IMG/VR virus record: IMGVR_UViG_3300042260_000241 | Reading direction: 5' to 3' (one strand) | Length of the DNA stretch: 39,841 nt | From: a virus | Taxonomy: Duplodnaviria; Heunggongvirae; Uroviricota; Caudoviricetes | Shown here: piece by piece, positions 5,830 to 13,771 of the stretch | Layout of the letters: the number at the start of each line of letters is the position of its first letter | How positions within the stretch are numbered: the first letter of the stretch is position 1 | Notes under the pieces: generated by a model | The model's input: only the letters and a program-made list of their open reading frames with translations | What the model was told of the DNA's origin: nothing | Database searches by the model: none | Translations under genes and position numbers: made by a program

Positions 5830-7479
5830 TCTGATTGGAGCTTCGATTTTTGCAACCTGTGTCTGTTGCATATTGTTGCTTACAGAAGGTGCACTTACTA
5901 TTGTAGTAGTTGCATTTGATTTTTCTTTCATTGCGCCAACTTCACTAGACTGCGAAGTCACTGTAGCAGAAGTATTACTACTAGAAGAAGGTGCTACGTT
6001 GGATGGACTTACAGTTTGACCTGCAGAACTTCCTGGGTTTGCAAATCCTTCTAATGGTTTCCATGGACCAACTGAAACTTTCTTATTGATATATGGAATT
6101 GTAAATCCAATTTCTGGAATAGTAAAGTCACTCAACTTTGCTAAACTGTCCATTACAGCAGTAACGATATTTTTGAATGTTTTGACTGGACTGAAAATCA
6201 TATCTACAAAATCAGAGAAAATCTTTTCTACACTGAATGATTCAAGTGTTTTCTTAGCATTTTCAAATCCAAATACTCCAGCAACCCAAGCAATAGCATC
6301 TTTAACCATATCAATTGGTCCAAAGATCAATGAATTAAAGAAGCCTTTGATAGCGCCCGATATAGCTCCAACCAAACCTTCTTTTTCATAACCTTCCATT
6401 GCACCTTTCACAGTATCCCATACAGTCATTAAGATTGTGATGGGTAAGAAAACTTTTTCTGCAATGGCTGCTACTGATTTAAATACAGATCCAAATTTAC
6501 CAAATGTTTCACCTATTGTAGTAAAGAAACCCTTTACTCCTTCAAATGCAGATGAGAAAACAGATTTTACTGTTTTGAATATTTTGCTTTCTGGACCTGT
6601 CATCAATTCTTTTACAACGTTGAATGCTTCAACGAATGGTGACATGATTGTAGATAAGACGCTACTAATGCTCTTAATTATTTTTACAACAGTAGATCCT
6701 TCTTTATCCATTCCAAGAATCTTCTTAATTGCGTTAGTGACGTTGCCGAATACTCCTCTAACAGAGTCTAACAAACCATCTACGAATTTTAAAGCTTTTG
6801 TAAACTTTTCAGATATTGTATCCTTCGCAATATCAAAAGTCATACTCACACCAGTTAAAAAGCTACCTATTGCTTTTCTAACCTTTGCAAATGTTTCTGG
6901 AGCAAATACTTTTGCAAAATATGCAATAGCCTTTAATTGAGCACGCATTGCACCTACAACTACTCCAAGCGTAGCAGCAAGTGCTGTTAACCATCCGCCA
7001 AGTCCACCACCTTCTTCTTTAGAAGGTTTTACATTTCCATCTTTTGGCGTAGTGTTCTTTGCAATTTGTTTTAAAAGACCAGTCTTTTCGTCTTCTGATC
7101 TTTGAGCTTCGTTTTTGTCTTCTTTACTTTTTGTAGCAATTGCAGTAGATGCGTTTGAAGAACTTGATGTTCCTCCTGTAGAAACTATAGATGCTGCTAA
7201 TATATCTTTAAGTGAATGCGCAATTGTTTCTAAAGTTTTACTTATGTCCTTTAGTACTCGTTGCTCATCTAGTGTTTCTCTAGAAAGAATCAGTTCTTCG
7301 ATTGCAAGTGCACGTTGAGTTAACAATGAATCACGAAGAGTAGAAGAAATAGTCTGTAGATTTTCAACAGACTTTTCTTGTAACTGTAGAAGAGAATTGA
7401 AACTATCACTACCCACACCACTTATAGAAACTATATTAGTGTTGTTAGTGACATTTGGTCTATTAGATTTTTTAGCCAT
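5779..7479 (-). CDS. tail tape-measure / baseplate hub protein, gp29-like
   Basis: 566 aa, coiled-coil N-terminus, long amphipathic Gly/Ala/Phe-rich helical region, S/T-rich C-terminus. Lies downstream of gp26/gp51 and is close to T4 gp29 in size. Confidence 0.72.
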   Translation of the reverse strand: MAKKSNRPNVTNNTNIVSISGVGSDSFNSLLQLQEKSVENLQTISSTLRDSLLTQRALAIEELILSRETLDEQRVLKDISKTLETIAHSLKDILAASIVSTGGTSSSSNASTAIATKSKEDKNEAQRSEDEKTGLLKQIAKNTTPKDGNVKPSKEEGGGLGGWLTALAATLGVVVGAMRAQLKAIAYFAKVFAPETFAKVRKAIGSFLTGVSMTFDIAKDTISEKFTKALKFVDGLLDSVRGVFGNVTNAIKKILGMDKEGSTVVKIIKSISSVLSTIMSPFVEAFNVVKELMTGPESKIFKTVKSVFSSAFEGVKGFFTTIGETFGKFGSVFKSVAAIAEKVFLPITILMTVWDTVKGAMEGYEKEGLVGAISGAIKGFFNSLIFGPIDMVKDAIAWVAGVFGFENAKKTLESFSVEKIFSDFVDMIFSPVKTFKNIVTAVMDSLAKLSDFTIPEIGFTIPYINKKVSVGPWKPLEGFANPGSSAGQTVSPSNVAPSSSSNTSATVTSQSSEVGAMKEKSNATTTIVSAPSVSNNMQQTQVAKIEAPIRSNESSFDRYIGSRAVY

Positions 7480-7480
7480 T

Positions 7481-7627
7481 TTACTTGTTCTTCTGTGCTT
7501 CTAACCGTTGTTTTTCTTCGTCCAAATATTGTATCAATAATGCTATGTAGATTTCACGTTCAAAGGGAATCATTTCCTCAATTTCCCTTAGACTATACTT
7601 ATGGTATTGCATAAGTGCAAAATTCAT
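7481..7627 (-). CDS. gp51: baseplate hub assembly protein, gp51-like (not in the ORF track; may be made as a frameshift fusion to gp26)
   Basis: Manual translation MNFALMQYHKYSLREIEEMIPFEREIYIALLIQYLDEEKQRLEAQKNK*. The frame stays open upstream to beyond the gp26 stop. Confidence 0.85.
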   Translation of the reverse strand: MNFALMQYHKYSLREIEEMIPFEREIYIALLIQYLDEEKQRLEAQKNK

Positions 7628-7665
7628 TTTATAAAAATTTTGCAAATTGTCATGATATAGGCAAA

Positions 7666-8379
7666 TTAGAAAAAAGAGTCTAGTCCTCTAATTAGTTTGT
7701 CATGTTCTTTGTTACACAATGGACACTTGTACTTAACCTGTTGTTCTAACTTTGGCATAGTCTCAAAGAATTGTTGTAACTTTGTAAACTGTTCCTGTGT
7801 TAGATTATCAATAAACTGTCTAATTTCTTCTGGTCTATGATCTTTCGTTGAAAACACCTGTTCAGAATCATACACCGAATCAATACATGATGCAATAATA
7901 TCAAAGATAGATTCTGCATCACCGCCTGATAGATTTTCCAATTTTTTAATAATGTCAAGTGATGGGTATTTCATAATTACACCAACATTTCCAAAGAGAG
8001 GAATTGTCTTTTGATGTCCTTCTGGAATATTTACTTTTAGTTTTGTTAGATCGATATCATACTGTACAGAAGCCTTTTCGTCAGTACAGTCATCACATTT
8101 TAAAACTAAACTTACGATTTCACCGACAGACTTAGCTCTAAGTTGTGTGAAGATGTATTCAATATCAAATATAGCAAGATCACTTGTTTTGATTGGATCA
8201 GTTATGCATGATTCAATAACTGATTTAAGAGTGGAGATCATTGTGTCTGGATCTTCACTTTGTTGTGCAATGAGTAAAGCTTTTTCTTCTTTAACTAAGA
8301 ATGGTCTATAAGTAACACTTTTTCCACTTGATGGGATTGTCAATTTATATCGCGGCGTATTTGCCATTGGTAAAGCCAT
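7666..8379 (-). CDS. gp26: baseplate hub subunit / assembly chaperone, gp26-like
   Basis: MALP...P.Y.LTIPSSGK.V.YRPFLVKEEKALLIA, FDIEYIF.QLRAKSVGE, FFETMPKL, CxxC pairs, ends GLDSFF. Confidence 0.9.
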   Translation of the reverse strand: MALPMANTPRYKLTIPSSGKSVTYRPFLVKEEKALLIAQQSEDPDTMISTLKSVIESCITDPIKTSDLAIFDIEYIFTQLRAKSVGEIVSLVLKCDDCTDEKASVQYDIDLTKLKVNIPEGHQKTIPLFGNVGVIMKYPSLDIIKKLENLSGGDAESIFDIIASCIDSVYDSEQVFSTKDHRPEEIRQFIDNLTQEQFTKLQQFFETMPKLEQQVKYKCPLCNKEHDKLIRGLDSFF

Positions 8380-8380
8380 A

Positions 8381-8791
8381 TTATTTTCCTTTTCTCAAAT
8401 CATTAAGCATTTTGCTAAGTTCACTAGTACTACCAACGAATATAGCGTTATTGTTATTCGTAACAGTTGAATCCTTTTTAGTAGGTGCTTCAATACTCTG
8501 TTTGCGTTTATGTAAGTCAAGCAATTGTGTATTTACATCCGACAGATGTTTAACCAATCCTCCAACTACTTCAAATGCACGTGGATGTTCACTCTGTTTT
8601 GCAACAGATAGTGCATGAAAGAGCGCGTCTTGCCCTTGTTGCAACAGTGAGTGTAAATTACTTCTAGTTGTTTCAAAGTCACTTTCAAGAGTTTGATTAA
8701 TATTGTCCTGTTGCTTAATTGCAGGCAATACTTCCTGTTTTTCAACAGGAGCTATATCAAAAACTTGACTTAGTTTATCATCAATACTCAT
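8381..8791 (-). CDS. gp16: terminase small subunit, gp16-like
   Basis: DFETTRSNLHSLLQQGQDAL...AKQSEHPRAFEV...TNNNNAIFVGSTSELSKML. Confidence 0.88.
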   Translation of the reverse strand: MSIDDKLSQVFDIAPVEKQEVLPAIKQQDNINQTLESDFETTRSNLHSLLQQGQDALFHALSVAKQSEHPRAFEVVGGLVKHLSDVNTQLLDLHKRKQSIEAPTKKDSTVTNNNNAIFVGSTSELSKMLNDLRKGK

Positions 8792-8800
8792 ATTAAATCC

Positions 8801-9559
8801 TTAGAACCAATCCATAATTCCTGAACCGGTTTCTTGTCCTTGTCTTTCTATTCTAGATATGGCAAACTTATCTGCAACACTTTCCTGGAATTGCTGGAAA
8901 TTGTCATAGTATAGATCTGGTATATTGATAGCGTTTGAAATACTATCTCTTAAATATGCACCAGCCTGAGCTGATAGTTTATATGGATCTGGTAAGTCTA
9001 ATCCAAATAATTTCTTAGGTTGCTTATCGTTGTCAGGTGATTGCAATATATTATTTACATGGTGTTTATAACTGAATGTTACTTGCAGTTTTGCAATATC
9101 TTTTGAGTTATGATCTAAAGTAATTGCGCCAACTGTCTTTGGGTATGCTTCAAACAATTCGGTTTCGTAAGTGTTATTATCTTTAGTATCCTGTGTTATG
9201 ATCTTAATGTTCTTTGCATACTTTTCATAATAACCTACTAATCTTGTAGTAGGATCTACAATCATATTTGCCCATTTGTCAAAAAACTCTTTAACTTTAA
9301 ACTGTCTATCAACTATGAAAGTTAGTGTAATTGCTTCGAATGTACGATCATAAACAACTTCGCGTTGTTCACCATATGTTCTTACTGGTTGTGATGCAAA
9401 ACTAATACTAGGCAAAGATGCTTGTTCACAATACAATTGAACTAGTTCTGTATTAAGCGTTGTTGCAGGGTTTGAAATGATAACAGTAAAACGATTTTGA
9501 CGTGCTGCGCCATCTGTTTTCATTTTACTGATAAATTGATTTAATGTGGCAGTAGCCAT
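8801..9559 (-). CDS. baseplate-tail tube junction protein (gp54-like, tail-tube fold)
   Basis: ARQNRFTVII, YCEQASLP, FFDKW, Y..ELFEAYPKTVGAITL, LQVTFSY. ATG 9559 overlaps the gp2 stop. Confidence 0.75.
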   Translation of the reverse strand: MATATLNQFISKMKTDGAARQNRFTVIISNPATTLNTELVQLYCEQASLPSISFASQPVRTYGEQREVVYDRTFEAITLTFIVDRQFKVKEFFDKWANMIVDPTTRLVGYYEKYAKNIKIITQDTKDNNTYETELFEAYPKTVGAITLDHNSKDIAKLQVTFSYKHHVNNILQSPDNDKQPKKLFGLDLPDPYKLSAQAGAYLRDSISNAINIPDLYYDNFQQFQESVADKFAISRIERQGQETGSGIMDWF

Positions 9560-10134
9560 TAAGCGCCTCCAGTGTTTTTCCACACTTGTGTAGAACTTGC
9601 TTTTGCAAAACTTTCAACTGGCATCATTAGTGCTGATGTCCATTCGGTTGGTGTTATTATTTTAAGCTGTGTCATCATATGATCAGACAAATAGCTTTTA
9701 ACACATGGTTGCGCCAAACTGTGTTTAGCTATTCCTTGTATTAGATTCCATGAAAGCTTAAGTCTTGTTGTTTCGTCCAATCCCTTCGAGTTTTTAAATT
9801 TAAGTAGATTGTCTAACAATATGATTCTAAAACGGTAAGATAAATAATGTAGATTTAGTCCAATGAAGCCATTTTCAGTTTTGCTAAATGGGAACACCAT
9901 AGGAAATCTATCATAGTATGGAAGTTTGTCTTTAGTCTTTGGGTCATAGAAAAACATATAAAGATTGCCAGGTCGAATCGATCCAACGTATGTACCAGAA
10001 TTCTGATATACACGTTGAGGCTTTATTCCTTCTTTACGAAGAAGTGTAGCCTGTTGCCTAAACCAAGTTCTTGATTTAGTTGCAATAGACGGATCATATT
10101 TGTGTTTTTCAAACACATCTAACATGCTAGTCAT
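9559..10134 (-). CDS. gp2: DNA end protector protein, T4 gp2-like
   Basis: PGNLYMFFYDPKTKDKLPYYDRFP, GFIGLNLHYL, CVKSYL. ATG 10134 overlaps the gp4 stop. Confidence 0.92.
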   Translation of the reverse strand: MTSMLDVFEKHKYDPSIATKSRTWFRQQATLLRKEGIKPQRVYQNSGTYVGSIRPGNLYMFFYDPKTKDKLPYYDRFPMVFPFSKTENGFIGLNLHYLSYRFRIILLDNLLKFKNSKGLDETTRLKLSWNLIQGIAKHSLAQPCVKSYLSDHMMTQLKIITPTEWTSALMMPVESFAKASSTQVWKNTGGA

Positions 10135-10568
10135 TTTATTCCTAAATGGTTTTCTGTTAAAATGATGAATTCCCATCCACGATCTTTAGCATAACCTGTT
10201 GCAGCCTTCCATTTTGCTTCATTTACGCCCCAAGTCATAACTTCTTGAATAAACCTTTTAGTTTTTCTACTTGGAGGCACTGGTGGTCTAGTTTGTGAAT
10301 CTGGTTTTATTTCAACCAAATACGTTTGTATACTACCATCGTTTTTTCTTACTTGTATCTTAAAGTCTATAAAATATCTATGTGCCCTATTGTCAACTGG
10401 TGAAATATAAGGCACTATCGTTTCTTCAGAACTCCATTTCAATATTGAAGGATTTGTATCACACCAGATAGCAAATTTGGTTTCCCAACTTGATCTCATT
10501 ATTATGTTAGTATGATCACCTGCATATTTTTGTGGATTTGTTGGATTAAACTTTCTTTTATGAAACAT
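10131..10568 (-). CDS. gp4: head completion nuclease, T4 gp4-like (TnsA-like PD-(D/E)xK)
   Basis: P.NP.KY.GD..NI..RSSWE, WSSEE..VPY.SP.D...HRYF.DF, LVEIKP, NEAKW.AA, F.ILTE. Confidence 0.93.
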   Translation of the reverse strand: MFHKRKFNPTNPQKYAGDHTNIIMRSSWETKFAIWCDTNPSILKWSSEETIVPYISPVDNRAHRYFIDFKIQVRKNDGSIQTYLVEIKPDSQTRPPVPPSRKTKRFIQEVMTWGVNEAKWKAATGYAKDRGWEFIILTENHLGIK

Positions 10569-10569
10569 A

Positions 10570-10604
10570 GATAAATAATTATAGCACACTATTAACTATT
10601 TATA
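10570..10604. promoter_or_regulatory. pair of opposed late promoters between gp4 and gp48
   Basis: GATAAATA on + (10570-10577) and TATAAATA on - (10597-10604). Confidence 0.65.
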
Positions 10605-10613
10605 GGAACTTTC

Positions 10614-11762
10614 ATGGCGACGACAAACCTATCAGCCGTTCCGGAATCCCAATATAATGCCAAGACTTTTGTGAATAACAAGAAGTATGACATTGGAAAT
10701 TATCAATATCCGTCAGATTTAATGGGCTTGACGACTGAGGGCGGCGCTTCATCTACACAACCACTTTACGGTGGAAACTATGTGTTATTCTACATCAATG
10801 TAAACAACGAATCAAAGATGGTTGAAAATCCATCTACGCCTGATTCTATCGTAGAAATTGATGCTTCTGAAAGAGTAAAGAAACAGCTAGCTGGTAGAGA
10901 ATATTCTCAAGAAGCTGTTGCTGCTGCAAATGCTGTAGAAGCAGGTGGTGTATTGGGTGCAGTTACTGGTTCTGGTGGAGGTGGGAGCATGAAAGGTATT
11001 GCTTTAGGTGCTGCTACTGCAATTGCTGGAACAGCTTCTATTGCCGCAAATACTAAGAATTCTACTTTCTCTAGACCAATGAAACGTCTAAAGTCAGTAA
11101 TTGCTCTTCATGTACCAAACCAATTATCTATTCGTTATGGCGCTGGTTGGTCAGAAGATGAAACATTTGCATTGCAAGCATTGATACAAGGTGGTGAAGC
11201 TGCAGGTCGTGCATTAGTAGAAGCTGGAAAAGCACTTACGGATAAGAACGTAGAAGGTGCAAAAGGTGCTATAACAAATGGTGCCCGCGGGATATCTTCT
11301 ATTGTAGCGAATATGGCATTAACAAAGGGTCCTAATGCTGGAGCACTTTCTGCAATGACTGGATTAGCACCAAATCCAATGAAAGAACAAGTGTTCAAAG
11401 GTGTTGATTTCCGTACATTCACTATGGAATATCAATTCGCTCCAAGAAGTTTAGAAGAATCTGAAAACGTAAGCAATATAATTAAAGCATTTAAGTATCA
11501 TATGCACCCAGAATATAAAGATTCTAATAATTTCTTATTTTTATATCCTTCTGAATTTGACATTGAGTATTACCACAAAGGCGAAGAAAATTTGCATATA
11601 CACAGACACACCTCATGTGTATTAACCGAATTGAATGTTAATTATACTCCTAATGGTAATTTTTCTACGTTTGTTGGTGGTCGTCCTACACAAATAAATG
11701 TATCAATGACATTTAAAGAACTCACTGTTCTTACTAAAGAACTTATTGCTGAAGGTCTATAA
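10614..11762 (+). CDS. gp48: baseplate tail-tube cap, gp48-like
   Basis: YQYPSDL, IALHVP, NPMKEQVFKGVDFRTF..EYQFAPRS..E...V.NIIKAFKYHMHP, YPSEFDIEY, CVLTELNVNYTP, MTFKEL. Confidence 0.9.
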   Translation: MATTNLSAVPESQYNAKTFVNNKKYDIGNYQYPSDLMGLTTEGGASSTQPLYGGNYVLFYINVNNESKMVENPSTPDSIVEIDASERVKKQLAGREYSQEAVAAANAVEAGGVLGAVTGSGGGGSMKGIALGAATAIAGTASIAANTKNSTFSRPMKRLKSVIALHVPNQLSIRYGAGWSEDETFALQALIQGGEAAGRALVEAGKALTDKNVEGAKGAITNGARGISSIVANMALTKGPNAGALSAMTGLAPNPMKEQVFKGVDFRTFTMEYQFAPRSLEESENVSNIIKAFKYHMHPEYKDSNNFLFLYPSEFDIEYYHKGEENLHIHRHTSCVLTELNVNYTPNGNFSTFVGGRPTQINVSMTFKELTVLTKELIAEGL

Positions 11763-12490
11763 TGTATTTCTCAAACTTTCCAAAAATAGTATATGACTTT
11801 GATTTGTCTAATGGTGTAGACTATAGAGTCATAACTGACATTACACGAAATGTTAGATTGCGCAAGCAAATACTTGAAAACATTTCAGTGTATGATTTCT
11901 ATGATATACAAGAAGGTGAAACTCCTGAAATTATTTCAGAAAAAATTTATGGTACACCATACTATCATTGGGTTATCATGTTAGCTAATCAACGTTATGA
12001 TTATGTAAATGATTTCCCTCTAACCCAACAGGAATTAGATAGTTTCATTGATAACAAGTATGGTGATAAAAAATACCATGTTCATGATTATAAAGTCAAT
12101 GGTCTAATTAAAGAAGGCGTTAACATTGTCACACTACGAGATTCTACTTTAGATGGTGGTGGAATCGGTATGATGGTCGAAGGAAAAGTATTAGTAAGTA
12201 TACAAAATGGTTATGAAGCAAGAATTGACAATATCTTGGTAGAGTCAGATAATAAAACTATTCAAATAGAAGTATCGCTTAGAACTGGTAAATTTCAACC
12301 AAATGAAACGGTTACAATTCTTGGAGAAAACACATTTGCAGAAGTAGTTTCTTGTACAATTCCAGGAGAGTATACGACTACAAGTAATTATGATTATGAG
12401 TTTGCTTTAAATGAATCAAAGCGAAGAATACGAATAATTGATCCGGCGTTAGTTGAGCAATTGGTTAAAGAATTTAAAGATATCATATGA
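11762..12490 (+). CDS. gp53: baseplate wedge subunit, gp53-like
   Basis: MYFSNFPKIVY, Y.IQEGETPEIISEKIYG...YHWVIMLAN, NYDYE..LNESKRRIRII. Confidence 0.92.
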   Translation: MYFSNFPKIVYDFDLSNGVDYRVITDITRNVRLRKQILENISVYDFYDIQEGETPEIISEKIYGTPYYHWVIMLANQRYDYVNDFPLTQQELDSFIDNKYGDKKYHVHDYKVNGLIKEGVNIVTLRDSTLDGGGIGMMVEGKVLVSIQNGYEARIDNILVESDNKTIQIEVSLRTGKFQPNETVTILGENTFAEVVSCTIPGEYTTTSNYDYEFALNESKRRIRIIDPALVEQLVKEFKDII

Positions 12491-13770
12491 GCACATCTCC
12501 AGTAGAAAGTATTAGATTTGCAGGTGACGTGAATATACGTCGCCTCGAAATCGTATCATCTGCAAATTATAAAGTCGATGTAACAAATCAACTCATTGGT
12601 ATTGAGATATATGAAGATATGTTTTCGCCATTTACATCTATGGCAATAACAATTCGTGAATCACAAGACTTTATCAATGCGTTACCATTGCGCGGTGAAG
12701 AAATTATCAATCTGGAAATATCTACACCAACGTTTAAAAATGATGATACTTTCTTCAAAGGAAAATATTACATTTATAAGATAAGCGATAGACAGACTTT
12801 AACAGATAGAAATACTGCATACACTTTGAATTGTATTTCTTATGAAGCATTATATGATCTGAATGTAAAAGCTTCTAAAGCATATCGTGGAAATGTTGCA
12901 GATATTGCAAAAGAGTTAATGGGTAAGGATGGTCTTAATACAACTAAAAAGACTAACATTCAACCAACAAACAATTCTACGAAGTTTGTTGCAAACTTTT
13001 GGTCACCTGTTAAATCTCTAAATTTCTTAGCAACGGGCGCAATCAGTAAAGAGAATAGTCCTACTTATCTTTTTTACGAAAACAGATATGGCTTAAACTT
13101 TCTAAGCGTAGAAAGTTTATATTCACAACAAACGTATCAAAAATTTATAAAAGACAATTATAGTAGAGATACAAATGGTAATACTTCATCTAGAAATGTT
13201 GAAAGAGATTATCAACGTATTTTAGACATAAAAGTTCGTGTTCCATTCGATTCTTTAAAATCTATTTCAGCAGGTGCACATGCATCAAGACAATTTTCTT
13301 ATGACATTGTCAGAAAGAAATATTTCGCAAAAGACTATAATGCGTTAAGTAATTTTAAAAATGGCGCACACTTGAATAAGAATCCATTATACACTGATAT
13401 GCGTCCTATTGCTCCAACTAATTATATCTACAATGATGTAAAACACTATAGTAATCATAATGGTTTTGCTGATACTAATGGCGTAAAAGTAAAGCAAGAA
13501 CGTAATTCAAAACTTGCATTATTGCGATCATGTGTTATAGAAATAAACGTATTTGGTAGAACTGATTATACAGTTGGACAAAAAGTCTATGTAGAATTGC
13601 CAAAACCAACTGTCTTAACAGAAAAAGATCAGGCCAATACAAATAGACAAACTGGTTTCATAGATACTGCATACTCGGGTAATTATATTGTCACTGCTAT
13701 TAATCATGTGATTAGCAGAGATAAACATACTTGCATAATGGAACTTTCAAAAGAATCGATGGTAGAATAA
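12487..13770 (+). CDS. baseplate hub protein (gp27/late control D-like)
   Basis: IEIYEDMFSPF, LPLRGEE, YLFYEN..G.NF, G...YTVGQKV, YSGNYIVTAINH; immediately upstream of gp5. Confidence 0.72.
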   Translation: MSTSPVESIRFAGDVNIRRLEIVSSANYKVDVTNQLIGIEIYEDMFSPFTSMAITIRESQDFINALPLRGEEIINLEISTPTFKNDDTFFKGKYYIYKISDRQTLTDRNTAYTLNCISYEALYDLNVKASKAYRGNVADIAKELMGKDGLNTTKKTNIQPTNNSTKFVANFWSPVKSLNFLATGAISKENSPTYLFYENRYGLNFLSVESLYSQQTYQKFIKDNYSRDTNGNTSSRNVERDYQRILDIKVRVPFDSLKSISAGAHASRQFSYDIVRKKYFAKDYNALSNFKNGAHLNKNPLYTDMRPIAPTNYIYNDVKHYSNHNGFADTNGVKVKQERNSKLALLRSCVIEINVFGRTDYTVGQKVYVELPKPTVLTEKDQANTNRQTGFIDTAYSGNYIVTAINHVISRDKHTCIMELSKESMVE

Positions 13771-13771
13771 T

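Noticed and set aside
10131-10568. TnsA-like nuclease as a transposon or homing endonuclease
   Set aside because: Sequence and position next to gp2 match the core head-completion protein gp4; no element ends were seen.
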